Assembly (NCBI GenBank): GCA_951406725.2
Contig: OX597831.1
Coordinates: 50,468,001-50,532,000 of the forward strand
From: Octopus vulgaris
Taxonomy: Eukaryota
Direction of reading: 5' to 3'
DNA length: 64,000 nt
Positions 12,521 to 26,613 of the stretch are shown here, in pieces (the first letter of the stretch is position 1; each line of letters starts with the position of its first letter). The notes below the pieces were generated by a model, which saw nothing but the letters and a program-made list of their open reading frames with translations, searched no databases and was not told where the DNA came from. The translations under genes were made by a program, and so were the position numbers.

Positions 12521-12938
12521 TAGGAGTGGCTGTGTGGTAAGTAGCTTGCTAACCAACCACATGGTTCCGGGTTCAGTTCCACTGCGTGGCATCTTGGGCA
12601 AGTGTCTTCTACTATAGCCCCGGGCCGACCAATGCCTTGTGAGTGGATTTGGTAGACGGAAACTGAAAGAAGCCTGTCGTATATATGTATATATATATAT
12701 ATATATATATAAGTGTGTGTGTATATGTTTTGTGTGTCTGTGTTTTTCCCCCTAGCATTGCTTGACAACCGATGCTGGTGTGTTTACGTCCCCGTCACTT
12801 AGCGGTTCGGCAAAAGAGACCGATAGAATAAGTACTGGGCTTACAAAGAATAAGTCCTGGGGTCGATTTGCTCGACTAAAGGCGGTGCTCCAGCATGGCC
12901 GCAGTCAAATGACTGAAACAAGTAAAAGAGTAAAAGAG
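12521..12938 (+). mobile_element. tRNA-derived SINE family A (CORE-like cttgggcaagt, internal microsatellite, agtaaaag tail)
   Basis: ggagtggctgtgtggtaag...ggttcagttcc A/B-box-like head; near-identical copies at 39558 and 62345. Confidence 0.85.
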
Positions 12939-12944
12939 TATATG

Positions 12945-12977
<33 letters not shown>

Positions 12978-13112
12978 GTATATACATGTATATATATGCA
13001 TATATATATGCATGTATGTATATTTATGTATATATATATATGTATATATGTATATATATATATATATATGTATATATATGTATATATATGTATATATATA
13101 TATGTATATATG

Positions 13113-13145
<33 letters not shown>

Positions 13146-13146
13146 G

Positions 13147-13181
<35 letters not shown>

Positions 13182-14449
13182 ATATATATGTGCATACATA
13201 AGTGCGACTGTTTTTTTATCTGTCTGTCTTTACGTGTGTGTGCATATATATGTGTGTATGTGTGTATATACATATGTGTGTGTTTTTATATTCATTTCCT
13301 CATTTACAGTTCTTTCTTTAAAGATAGGATTTACTGAAAACGAAGGCATTAATTTTAATGCAACTGACTTCTGTTTATTTCTATACTTTTGGTATCTTTT
13401 CACTCATTCTATAAATATTGTTTTCGTAATTCTCTTTAAGGTATTCACAGCAAGTGATACATGGGACAAATAATCGAAAAGAAAAATAATGTATTGAACA
13501 TAGGAATCAAAATGTACGATCTTGTGGCCAATATAAATAAAAGCAAAGAAAAAAATAAACTGCACAAAGCATATAAAATTTGAGAATGTAAACTAATGCA
13601 AACATGCCGTGAAATATTTTGATGGTTAGTCAACCCAGTGGATCGAATACTATTTTATTCTTGTGACTTGTGTAATTTTTAGATTTGTTTATGAGATTCG
13701 GTTTTCCATAATGACACAGTCAAAGGATATGTTTTGATATAAAATACAAGAAATGTTCATATATAATACATCATCAATACATGGCTGTTTTTTTTTCTTC
13801 TCCTTCTTTTTCTTACAGATGGAAGGTGATATATTTTGGTTTTCTAGATGGAAGGTGATATTTTTGATTTTCTAGCAGAAAATTTTACAAGTAGAATTAT
13901 ACGTTTGAAACTCTTGGAAACAATGGTGTCAAGATTCAATAGTGCTGTTAAACATAGAAAGATCAGTTTCTGAGTTTTTATTAAAGATAGTTTTTGACAT
14001 AAAGAATATACAGTTCGGCAATAATATCGTAATCTATTCACTAATACTATGTTAGAACCAGTTGTCATAGACATAAATATTATTGGATTAGGTGTTGGTA
14101 AAGATGCGTAAACACATAGGCACATTGTTTAGATTTTGTTCTAGTTTGTTTATATTTGATACAAAATGTTGAGCTGCGAGATGAGCACATGCGCATAGAA
14201 CAGAGAAAAGTAAAGCCACATTATACACGCTACATAATTTAACTAATAAGAAAAAGGAAAGTAGTAGTAGTAGCAGTAGTAGTAGTAGTAGTTGTAGCAG
14301 CAGCAGCAGCAGCAACGCAGAAGAACTACATTATTAGTAGTGAGAGGCATAGTGTTAGGAGGAGGAGAAGGTAGTATTCGCAGAATTTTTAGAGTGTTGA
14401 AAGATATCGATTTGCTGTACACACTCACTCATATATGTATATAAATATA

Positions 14450-14488
<39 letters not shown>

Positions 14489-14507
14489 GCATAACAATGT
14501 ATGTGAG

Positions 14508-14518
14508 TAGATAGATAA

Positions 14519-14612
<94 letters not shown>

Positions 14613-14613
14613 C
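14508..14613. repeat. (GATA)n microsatellite
   Basis: Direct reading. Confidence 0.95.
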
Positions 14614-14919
14614 AAATTTACAGAAAACAGAAGACGAAGAAAGGTGAAGGAAAAAAAGCAGGTGTATTAGTCTGACGCTCGGGAAGAATTGAAAAGTCTT
14701 TGGGGTTTCCAGCCTTCGCTCTTTGACAGGAAGGTTTGAGAATTTAAAAAATGGTGAGAGAAAAATGTATAACGATTAATGGTTCAACATGATGAAATGA
14801 GCGGAAGAAAAAGGCTGGTTGAAAATGAGATGATAACAGTGGCCCAGCTGGACTACGGAGCGAAAGTGCGTGTGTGTATGTAAGAAAGGTGTGTGTGTAT
14901 GTATGATACATATATGTGT

Positions 14920-15110
14920 GATATTCTTTTCGTCTTCTTAATTTTCTACAATGCTCTTTCAACTATCTGGTAGACTTGCAAGGACCCTCTTCCAAAATTC
15001 ACTTGTCTGTGAGGTAAAACAGTCTTCCAGTACTGTTCTGATCTCGTCTACAGAATTCATATATTTTCTGTCCAAATGATTTTGAAGACTGCGAAATAAT
15101 GATAAATCAG
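14920..15110 (-). mobile_element. mariner transposase C-terminal fragment
   Basis: SDLSLFRSLQNHLD...DEIRTVLEDCF...EFWKRVLASLP matches the mariner SDYHLFRSLQN...F...G...LP pattern. Confidence 0.7.
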
Positions 15111-16144
15111 ACGCACAAGTGAATTTGGATTTAATTTTGAATATTTGCCCTTGTCGAAAATGGAATTCTGATCCTTCCAAAAGATAGGGACATCTTCCAC
15201 ATTTAGGACGATCACATTTTTTTACTCTTGCGTCAGTTATTCTTGAGAATAATTTAGCATTTGTAAGGAACCTCTTTAATGTCTTTGATTGTTTTTTGCT
15301 TTTAATGATTTTATGGGTACGTAGAATTTCCTTCAGTTTGGGGTCCTTATCGAGTATTGGGAGATTTGGGACAATGATGTTAAATGCTTCTTTGTTTCTG
15401 GGGTTGTATGTTGAGACATAAGGTAGTATTTTCCGACTAGGTGTGTAATTGTGTTTGACGTTTCTCAATGTTTTTGTGTCATTCGATTTTGCACGTTTAA
15501 TCCCATCATCTATGAGTTGAATTGGGTAATGTCTGTCCATGAGTACATTCTTAAATTCTTGCAATCTTAGTTCTCTGGTATTTTTCGGACACTATGGTGT
15601 AATTTCTTCTTGCAAGGTTGAAGGACATATTTGTTTTGATATGTTTCGGATAGCATGAGCTAACTAATAGGTATTCTTTAGCGTCTGTAGTATGGTAAAA
15701 AAAATGCCCGTTTCTATTCTTTATTTCGGTTTTTTAACCAGTATATCTAGGAATAGATCTTGCTTGTATTTCATTACAAATTGTATGTTGGTGTTAATGT
15801 GATTTTGAATTCCAGGAGTTTATCTATGTTTTCATTCCAGAGGATGAAGCAGTCGTCTAAAAATCTTTTCTAATTTTCTTTTATGTATTTCGAGAAAGGG
15901 TTACCAAATTTTGAAAATGACTCCTGATATATTGTTATTTCTAGATACTTCATTGTTACGTTGGTAATTGTCGGTACTGCCCTGGTCCCCATGCTAATTC
16001 CGGAGTTTTGGCGATAAACAGTGGAGTCGAACAGAAAATGGTTGTTTTGAAGGATGAAGTTTATTGATTCGATTATGAAATCTTTTTTTATCCGTTCTGG
16101 TATTTCTTCTGGACATTTGCCCAGCCAGACCCGGATTGCTTCTA

Positions 16145-16272
16145 TTACTCTTTACTCTCTTTTACTCTTTTACTTGTTTCAGTCATTTGACTGCTGCAAT
16201 GCTGGAGCACCGCCTTTAGTCGAGCAAATCGATCCCAGGAATTATTCTTTGTAAGCCTAGTACTTATTCTAT
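16145..16272 (-). mobile_element. SINE family A 3' fragment inserted in the PLE
   Basis: tactcttttacttgtttcagtcatttgactg...gagcaccgcctttagtcgagcaaatcg. Confidence 0.8.
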
Positions 16273-17629
16273 GTATGTATGTATGCCTTCGGTAATTTTT
16301 GAAAGCTTCGTTTATAGTTTGGCTTTTGTGAATTTTCAGTAGAGCATAGAATAGGCTGTGTTTACATTTAAAATTTGTTATATAGTATGTTTCTTTTTTG
16401 TTATGTCCTTTCCATGGATTTGAATTAGTGAAAAGAGGTTTTTCATTATTTTGGGGGAGTATAATCTTTGATATTTTTCGTAGTGTTCATCATTGTTTAG
16501 CATGGCTACTACTAAATTTTCGTAGTATAATGTGTCCATTACCAATACCGCACTCCTTTTATCCGCTTCTTTGATTGTTATTTCTTCATTGTTTTGTGGT
16601 TCAGTTAGTTCTTTCCATTAGGTGATGCTGAAGTTTGAAATGACTTTTTTTGTTTGTGCAAGGTATAATAGGGGTAGTTTTCAATGTGGTTGCAGAGTTC
16701 GTCAAGATTATTATTTCTTTCTCTGTGGAGGATGTGTTCACTTTTGTTTTTGACTAGTGAGTCATCTTCGTTATTATAATTGGCCAGTGCTTCTGCAAGC
16801 TTTAATTTCCTACAGAATTCTGAATCACTGTCCTTGACCTCATTTTGGTTATTTCTGCGAGGAGCTGGGGTGAATTTTAGTCCTTGTAACCAAATATTCT
16901 CCCTAACAAACAATCTCTAACTCCAAATTGTATCCAAAACACAAACTTTGAAAAGCGTTATCGAAACCGGTTATATTATGTTGGAAGAGAAAATTTTATT
17001 TTGTATAATATTGTATAATACTTTTGCTATGAGGATTCTAATATATTATTCAGTCGTGTAAAACAAATCTTCTGTGTTTTTCATCTTTTCTCTTTCCTTG
17101 TGTGTGTATGCACGGTGTATGTATGTATATGTATATATGCCTAAACATACACATCATTTCAATAAGTTATTCCTTCTGTTATTCGATGTCAGATTATGGA
17201 GTTGTAAAACATGAATAAATGTTGGAATTCCATTTATAATTATCAACAAGATGTTTAAATTCTTATACACGCTGTAAATAGAATTTGAACTGTCTCTATT
17301 CTATATTTTTTTTCTGTGTTGTATGTTACGATGGCAGAACTTTGAACTTGGCTAAGAATCAAAGTTATTCTTTGGCATGAATAGTTTAATCGAAATAATA
17401 CGCTTACTTCAAAGAATTTAATGGAACCTCTCTTAGAGGGAATAGTCTGCGCTAAGTTTTTAAATAATATTTTTATATATCAACTGTGTGTAAAATAGAC
17501 ATTTCGTAGTTGTTTACGTTTCCATCCAATCTAATTATGCACATGTAATTCTTAAATGGCTCGTAATCTCTAATATAGAAGATTATCGGTTTCTTCGTAT
17601 GAACTACTATTTAATATTATACTCATGTT

Positions 17630-17962
17630 ATACTCATTCTGCATTAGCGAAGGCGGAGGTATTGTGTTCAGATGTGTTCATTTGTTTGTCTGTGGACAAG
17701 ATATCTCAAGAATCGCTGAATGGATTCGGATAAAAATTCTAGGGATGACTGGCACGAACTGATTAGATTTGGGGATCGATCCAGTATCAGACAAGGATTC
17801 TGGATTATTTTTCCTGTTTTCGGGTTTCAGGTTTAGTACTCTCGTTTATGAGAGGAGTCGAGTTTATTTCAGATATTCTTATTTTAAAAATCATCTCTGG
17901 TTAATTGTTGAGAGGATGTTGGTGTTGCACTGGCGAAGATTTGCGCTCTCTGAGTGCTCTTC
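17630..17962 (+). mobile_element. Non-autonomous Helentron/DINE-like element
   Basis: 5' ...ggcggaggtattgtg...gtttgtctgt; internal gattagatttgggga...gatcc; 3' ggcgaagatttgcgctctctgagtgct hairpin-like end. Confidence 0.55.
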
Positions 17963-20900
17963 TTTCATTTATATTTCATAATTTAATATCCCTTACATTC
18001 ATTTATTTACAAAATTTCTATTATTTTTCTATTGTTTGGTACTATTTAATCTATGTAGCCTATGAAAATTAGAATATGTCAATACTATGTACATCTTAAT
18101 GCTTTTGTATTCTTCCTATGAGGAAGCAGGGGGATACGAAGAAAGAAGCGAAGGAACATTGCCGGAAATTAGATTTTTAAAAAATACAATGGGATATGTG
18201 GAGTGTGATTTTAAAAAAAAGTTTACCCGTTTTCAAATTGCAGTTATAAAGTGCATAACAGTCGCATTCTTTGCTTAAAAAACCCATTCATCGCGGTTGA
18301 GGCGTAGATATTTACTGACAGAGCCAAATGCAGCATCAATGGTTGGTAGAAATGTGAATTTAAAATCAACGTTGAAATCTCATTATTTCAAAGTAAATGT
18401 CTGCAAAGATTCCTCTTCTTACGAATTTGGGAAGAAGGTTAACATCTATAAATCAACTGGTGTCTATAATTACCTGATTTTCTTTTTCTATCCCCAAACA
18501 AATATTGTAAGAATTTTATGTTTGTAATTTACGAAAGTATTAAGGGAAATATTCCACCAATATTCTCTGTAAATGTATGTATTGATTTGCACTGACACTG
18601 TCTCCATTTATCATAATGCAGTCTTTCCTGGCATTTCATATAGCTTTAAGAACCATATAATACCGCAGTAGAGAGTAGCCAATTGGTGAAGTTTTGGATA
18701 GCGGCAGTTTACATGCATATCTTCCACATATATATTGCATGGTAGATATTCTCAGTTGCATCACAAAGATTTAAAGTTTTCAATATCAAGGCATTTTGTA
18801 GCTATATCCTTCTCCCGGATTGCAAAAGTATAAACCTCAAAATGTCGCGAATCCAACAGAGGCCATATTTCATACTATTATTATCATATTCATGCTTACG
18901 ACACATAACCTTTTTGATGCACAGGGTGTTTCTCATCCATATCTTTTTTTGGGTGTCCTTGTCTAGCAAATATGGGGTCTTTTAGGAGTTTTTCAGTAAA
19001 TAAGTAGTTTGAGACGTTCCCTATAGAGCAATAGAATGTTATTCTCTTCACACGTTGAAATCAAACCGATGCATTCTTTTTTGCTGCCATCCATTTCTAG
19101 ATGCTTTCTTCACTGTTTTTCACCTACTTTTCTTCTATATTACTGTTTCTGTAGAAGTCTCCAACTGCTACCATGATCTAGCAAGTTTTAAAATCTAAGA
19201 GGCGGATTTTTAACCATAGGTTAGTGAACTATCCCAAATATTGGTATCTGTACAAGTACTGAACATGCAGTGTAGGATACTGTTTTTACAAAGGAATGCT
19301 TGAGTTTCATACGTATGGAATCTGATATAATATTGTTTGATCGCTCTTATCTTCTTCACACCGTCTGCGTATGATACAGTTTCATCAAATATCTAGTTAT
19401 CTGCAGCTTTGTGTGAAACGGAGGAGATGAAAAGGATATTGATGCAACTGATTTGGATTTGGTAAATAGCTTTCGAAAGTTCCACTGCCAAACATAAAGA
19501 TTTCTTGCAGACATATACCATCGCTATCTCAGTGAGAAATATTATTAAATCTAGTTATGTCTCAGTATCGTAAATATTTCTGTAGATTAGTCACAAAAAG
19601 AAAATTATGAGCTATGTTGCTGTCTCTTGCTGTTGCCGATCGGATTTCATAAAATATATAAAATTGGCCTCAAAGAAAACTGAAGCACAAACAGAGGTTC
19701 TCCTTGGAGTATACGTTTTGACGTAATTAAAATATCAGATACAATGGTTCACTTTCAGTTACAGTTATGAGAACTGTTGGGCATGTGCTTGTGAGCCTTT
19801 CAAAGCGAATAACTAAAGCATTACTTGGGCTACTATGTACGACTTTAGTCAAAACAGCGTTCATGAACTGGTAAACGAATCGAATATCACGCCATTATTT
19901 CACAAGATTTCTATGATGTACTCGTATATCCAACGGACCAGCCTTATGTATTATAGGTTGCTCGGCATATTCTCACACCGACTTATTCTATTTGTGTCTT
20001 TGAGTTACTATATGGTTTTACTCGCAAACATTTTCGAGCAAGTGTTTTGCGACAGTTTGCATAAAGTTTGCATAAAGTTTGTACATAAAGCATAAGCAGA
20101 AAACGAGCCTATTGTTTCCTCCCAAATCAAAGTTTTCATACTCTATTTCAAAAGGTGTATTGGACTATAAGGCGATTTGTTATTTTCCCTTTCCAAGGGT
20201 CTTTAAGATATACATATTAAATGTTTTTTACCTATAACATCGACTTCTTGGATCAGTAGCGGAGTATTGTGGCTTTTTCTAAAAAATTCTAATCACGCAG
20301 CTTTACTCAGGTGAACGTTTCGATTTAACAATACAAGTTTATTGTCGATTTTCGTACACTATTTTCCCTTGACAACACCTAACGATAAAGCCTTGTCATT
20401 TATTTCAAATTTTAAAACCGAAATTATTTACGATCTTCTCAAGAAGCAGCCGTTTTCAAGGTTTTTATTTATTTATTAACTTTGCTTAATTACAGATATA
20501 CTGTTTTTGAATTCGCTAGTTGTAGTATAGCAATCTCTTAATCTCAGCTTCCTCAATCAATAATTTAGCATCATTTTTTCTTCAAAATTTTGGCTTATAG
20601 AATTCCTTTATATTTTTATAACTACTTTTATTAATATTTCTGCTGTAAACAACTTTTTTCTGGCTTTTCAAATTTTTATGTTTCAGTTGATCATTAGGTT
20701 GATATGTGAATGTAGTTTAATATAGTATGTTTTTGTGACCCGTGATCTGCGTGTTTATGGAATGTTCGATTAATTGAAGACAACAGCATTTTATTATTAT
20801 TGTATTTATATATTCCAATGGAGATAAGATTTCTCAATGAATGTAAACATCTAGTAAAGGTTGAGCAGAGAAGGAAGAATGAGATTGAATTATATAGAAA

Positions 20901-21738
20901 TGATGCGAGATAGAGATTTGTTAATTTGATTATTTGTTTACTTTTTATCGAAGTCGTCTATAGGAATGAATTTATTTAGTCTGATCAAAATAGCTACTGG
21001 AAAGACATACTTAATCAAGAGAGAAACAGAGTTTCACTTAAAATTACGTATCTATGAAGTGAAGAGAGAAAACATAATTCACGTTAAATATATCTGGTCA
21101 ATGAAAAGGGAAGATAACTCCGTAGGTGTACTGTGTAAAATTCGTATTTCACATATATATTTACTTCGCACAGTAACTAATTCAATTGACAATTTATTAG
21201 TTACAAACTTCCACACGTTTGCAATCACAGGATCTAATTAGCATTACTCATTGCGCCTACGTATCTGTCTTCACAGCAAAGGTTGTTTTAATTAAGTGAA
21301 ATTGTTATTCTCATTACGTTATGTCAGCACTGAAACATCAATTTTGTTCTATAGCCTAGTATCGCCCCGGGCTTAGAAGGTAAAAATAGTCAGTAAAGTT
21401 GCTTCTGGAGATATGACATAAGAGAATTCTGTGTCTTCCGAAGAACAGCATAAAATGTTGAGGAAACTACAATGACATACATGTATTTATCAGTAGGAGG
21501 TCATAAAATGAGAGAGCGGGAACAAAAGGGATTAATGATGTTCATGGCTCACATGACAATGTTAAATTTCTAATTATTTATTACAATCTAAGCACACTTA
21601 CGCACGTACACACACACATATATATACACATGTATGTATGTATGGGTGTGTGCATGCGTGTCAGGATACATAAATGTATTATAGAAAATTACTATTCCGA
21701 AATCTGTGAACAAGAGATAATCAGCAACAGAACTCTAG

Positions 21739-21952
21739 AGTAAAGATTATTTGCCAACATAATTATCTGTGATAATTGTTCGGCTAGATATTGTTTTGAG
21801 CTGTGTGGAGATACTAAATTCCCTCGTTCGAAAATATAAGGACGCAGGTCGTATCGTATAGCCAGCTGGAGACGATGTCTAGTGGGGTTAAATTGCGGCA
21901 ACATTCGTCCTAAACCAGGACTGCCAAGTTATGTTGGCAAATAATCTTTACT
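21739..21952. mobile_element. MITE-like element with perfect 24-bp terminal inverted repeats
   Basis: agtaaagattatttgccaacataa (21739-21762) and ttatgttggcaaataatctttact (21929-21952); non-coding interior. Confidence 0.7.
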
Positions 21953-22183
21953 ATAAATATATTACATATCGTTAATATTTTATTTAATTCTCAAATAGGA
22001 TTGAGGTTATGCTGAGTTGTAAATACATACATACAAACAAGTACATACATATATAAATGCCTATAAATATGGATACATGTATGTATATATATATACATAA
22101 ATTTAAATTAAGCAGAAAACGGAAAAATCTTGATCAACAACAATTGACTACGATCAATTATTATTTTTTAATACAAAACTTTA

Positions 22184-22277
22184 TCCGATCTAACAGCTGT
22201 TTCTGCTCCCAATATCCTACAGTGTTGTCAATGAAAATTCTGAGAATAATATCCATCATATCTTGTAACACATCGGA
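22184..22277 (-). ncRNA. Decayed hammerhead-like remnant
   Basis: Minus strand tccgat...GAAAC-AGCT-GTT-agatcgga: stem I and palindromic stem III present, CTGANGA box not recognisable. Confidence 0.3.
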
Positions 22278-22293
22278 TCTGGAACATATACAC

Positions 22294-22337
<44 letters not shown>

Positions 22338-22463
22338 GAATATATATATACATAAATATATATATACAAATATGTATATACATATATATATATATAGGAC
22401 CTTTCAACACCCGTCCGTATATATATGCATGTACTTATTTATGTATATATATATGTGTGTGTG

Positions 22464-22500
<37 letters not shown>

Positions 22501-23143
22501 GTGTATGTGTGTGTGTGTGTGTGTATATAGTCGTGTGCATGCGACTGTGCATGCGTGATTTATTTACAATATTTACATTATGATGACGGGGCAGAGCATT
22601 CAATACATTTAAATACAGAATAGTATTTATTATTGCTGAAAAAAATGTTAGTCTCTTTCCAAATAGAATAAACTTTCTTAACAGATCAAACGGTCGTATC
22701 TAAATTGCTCTTTTGGTAAGATCTAATAAACAGACACGTTTGCATGCTTATGAATTACTCTAAGATGCTGAACTTTGTAGCTTGTACCTGTCACGATAAT
22801 CTCTTCCGTAGCTTTTTCAAGGGATCTCAATCATTATTAGGAGGACAAAACAGGAATATGTCTCTACAATACGCTTTTGTAAGACTTAGATTTTCTTTAA
22901 TCAGAATGCAGTAAATATTTCCTTCTTTGTTTGTACATATACAACCTTAATGTGTGTGAGTGTGTGTGTGTGTATGTATGTACGCATGAATGTATGTGTG
23001 TGTGTGTCTGTGTGTGACTGTGTGGAGTATGTATACATATGAGTACATGGATGTATATATATATATATATGTGTGTGTATGTATCTATGTATATATATAT
23101 ATATACGTATATATATATACAAACATACATACATACATGTATG

Positions 23144-23184
<41 letters not shown>

Positions 23185-23984
23185 ACATATATGTATGTAT
23201 ATCTGCATTCATGTATTATGTATGGGTCTATATAGCATGAAAATCCATTGTTAGAAACTGAAATAGGCATTGTGGAGAAGGTGTCTACTATATGTAGTGA
23301 TCGATTGATTTTATTTGCCAAAATCGGAATTTACTGAATACAGCATACTGCTTCGTTATATAAGTTTCTGAATATTTTTTTAACTGTTACTTCATTCATA
23401 AAACATGTCACGTTTTTAATTCCTCTGTTAAATAATTGTCTTTTAGCTTTTACCATTTTCTCCACATTTTCTTATTCTCACTCTATCTCACCTTCTCCCT
23501 TTCTCTTTATATCTTTCATTTTCCTCCCCCCCTCTCACTCTCTATCTATCTTCCTTTCTTTCTCTGTCTCTCACTCTGTCTCTCTCTCTCTCATTGTATT
23601 TCGTGAGTCACTTAGCCTCGTTTTGCTTCTTGTCTCGCTTTCAAACTGTCATAATTTCAAACGGGGCCATTCGCCTTTCCTTTAGTTTCATTCTAAATCG
23701 AATTTCTTAAGCGTACAACGACACGTGATAACCGTCTTGTAAATATGGGCTAAATGCTTCAATATCCCTGTGCCGCAGCTTCTCTTAAAGGTTTGAATGA
23801 GAAGCACACTCGCATATAGTTCAATGCATTCTACATTTTCCCCTTTGTTGGCCATGACTGTTTTGTACGTAATCAAGTACAGGACGAAATAATCTTCATA
23901 TTACTGGTAGTCGTTCTCTTCTTCGCAGGAAGATCCCTCTGCGCTGGACAGCATTCTTTTGGGTGCACATTGGCTTTGAAATTC

Positions 23985-24450
23985 AAAAGATGGGGCTGTT
24001 TAGTAAGAAGCTTACTTCCTAAACACGTGGTTCAGCGATCATTCCCACTGCTTGAACCCTTGGACAAGTGTGTTCTTCTATAGTATTGGACTGATCAAAT
24101 CCTTGTTAGTATTTGGTATTTGGTAGAGGGTAACTAAAAGTACCCCTTTGTATACACACACACACATATGTGTATGTGTCTATATGTGTGTGTATGTGTG
24201 TATGTGTGTGTATTTGTGTGTGAGTGACATTGCGTCTGTGTTTGTACCACACGAACGCTTGACAAATGGTGTAGGTAAGTCTACGTTCTTGTAACTTAGT
24301 GGTTCGGCCAAAGTGACCGATAGAATAAGTACCAGGCCTTAAAAAAAAAAGGTAATAAGTACTGAGATCAATTCATTGGACTAAAAATCCTTCAAGGCGG
24401 TTGCCTCAGCTTGGCCGGAGTAAAATGACTGAAACAAGTAAAAGATCAAA
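23985..24450 (+). mobile_element. SINE family A, diverged copy
   Basis: Same head, body and tail as 12521-12938. Confidence 0.75.
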
Positions 24451-24687
24451 GATAGAAGATGAAAGGTAGTATTCGCTGACCAAATTATTTTCTTTAGTCA
24501 TCTGTGGAAAGTAATGATGTAGTAGACGCGAACACCAGTGATCACAGACACACGTGTATTAGACGGTTTTTCATATTCACACTGTTAGTGTAGATAGTTA
24601 TCGATTCCAAATTTTAGCTACAAGCTCGCTTCTTGATCTTAATCTTTTTACCATTCTCGACTCATAAATACACACTGATGCAAGTAC

Positions 24688-24784
<97 letters not shown>

Positions 24785-24809
24785 TATATATATATATGTG
24801 TGTGTGTGT

Positions 24810-25097
24810 GGAGGCGCAATGGCCCAGTGGTTAGTGCAGCGGATTAGCGGTCGTAGGATCGTTGTTCGATTCCCAGGCTGGGTGTTGTGGGTGTTTATTG
24901 GGCGAAAACACCTAAAGTTCCACGAGGCTCCTGCAGCGGGTGTTGGCGCTCCCTCCTGCACTGTTTCGGCACAACTTTCTCTCACTCTTTTTTCTGTCGG
25001 CCTGCTCACTTAACCAGCGGGGTGGCATCATTTGAAGGCTAAAACAATGCGACGCACATTGTGACCAGCGATGTGTGTCGGTCACGGTGATCACGAT
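24810..25097 (+). mobile_element. tRNA-derived SINE family C
   Basis: ggaggcgcaatggcccagtggttag...gttcgattccc head; inverse copy at 50745-51045. Confidence 0.85.
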
Positions 25098-25098
25098 G

Positions 25099-25156
<58 letters not shown>

Positions 25157-25159
25157 TTG

Positions 25160-25525
25160 ATTTTAAACTTTGGTACTAGACCAGCTACTTCGGAGGGGTG
25201 GTAAGTCGATTATATCGACCCCGGTACTCAACTGGGAAACTTATTTTATCAACCTCAAAAGCATGAAAGACGGATAAAGTGCCGCTAGGCATTTGCCTGG
25301 TTAACTAACGATTCTGCCAGCACGCCACCTTAAAATAAGTATACATGGTTTCAGACTTTGATACAAAGTCAGTAACTTTGGGGAGTGGGGTACTTATTTC
25401 ATCGCCCCCGAAATGATGAATAGCTAAATCGACCTCGGCAGAGTTTGAGCTAAGAACGTAAAGACGGAAGAAATGCCGCTAAGCATTTTGTCCGGTATGC
25501 TAACTATTCTGCCTGCTCGCCGCCC
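25160..25525 (-). mobile_element. Two Nin/Deu-domain SINE copies
   Basis: Reverse complements of the family at 46496 (gtcgattatatcgacccc, gacctcggcagagtttgag, ctgcctgctcgccgcc). Confidence 0.7.
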
Positions 25526-25888
25526 TAACTACGTGGTTTCGAGCTGGTATAGTTCTGAATATTCATTTTCAGCTCAGACAATGTCTTTCTTCCTTTAGAC
25601 ATTACTTGGTTTATGCAAACCTAACAAATATACTTTCATTAGCTCACATGACTATGTCAGGCGTGTTTTCCAGTCAATCAGAACACTTAGATTTGGATGG
25701 TTCGACAGTTTACCGAAGATGTCTCTAAGAAAATTTTACATTTATAATTTTAAGAAAATGCTTATCAACAATGATTGCATGCAGACGACACTTGTGCGTA
25801 CAAGACATTGTGTTGCATGACTTGGGAATGATAACTTTCGATCTTTCACTATCATTCATTTGCTATCTCTTTCTTTCCCCTTTCTCGC

Positions 25889-25943
<55 letters not shown>

Positions 25944-26531
25944 CTTTCTCAGTATTCCTTCTCTCTTCCTCTTTTACTTTCTATATTACCCACATTTCAC
26001 TCTCCTCCTCACTCACTCGATACATTGCCGTTCTTTTAATTACTCGGCTTACTCGCAAAAGACGGTAAAACAAGGCTCTTTTAAACATACTTGTTACCAA
26101 CACACACAATCACACACACAAACACGCATACACAAACACACACATCACACGCACACAAAGATACACACATACACACACTTTCAGACATGCACACAAGTAC
26201 ACACGCAGCTAGTTATATAAGCATGGAATACACAGGGTACACGTTTCGGATTCAACTTTTAAATATTCATCTGAATTGTACTCGTTTTAATAGCTTCCTT
26301 CTAAATACCTGCAGTCGTCTGATATGTCCATCATTATTGTCTGTTTCCTTTATAAAGATTTCCTTCTTGATTCGCTGTAATCAACCAGCTACAATTAGAC
26401 CTTAATGAATAATTTTATAATTTTATAACAATTATACATAACTATTTATCCTTCTACGAACTCTCTTCACTATCAGATCCTTTACCGATTAACATTAAAT
26501 ATACATAGACACAATAACTAGCCACAGTGCA

Positions 26532-26613
<82 letters not shown>

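Larger units (their letters stand above)
14615..16913 (-). mobile_element. Decayed Neptune-like PLE (N-terminus, RT, thumb, Cys linker), interrupted by SINE and mariner fragments
   Basis: Minus-strand motifs: GLKFTPAP; ADKRSAVLVMD; YRQNSGISMGT; RFLDDCFILW (~15840-15870); RHYPIQLIDDGI; KKCDRPKCGRCPYL; frameshifts and stops. Confidence 0.85.

Noticed and set aside
16945-16985. gaaaccggtt motif next to the PLE 5' end, possible HHR
   Set aside because: No convincing CTGANGA box or stems I/II
18400-20100. Possible ancient CR1/L2 RT remnant (similar hint at 57400-57720)
   Set aside because: Only faint motif echoes; cannot be supported without an HMM search
23688-23960. Unique moderate-GC segments as host exons (also 33961-34155)
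   Set aside because: No recognisable protein motif or convincing splice-site pair
24810-24890. tRNA genes at SINE heads (also 12521, 53311, 62345)
   Set aside because: A/B-box-like motifs run into SINE bodies and no complete cloverleaf is evident
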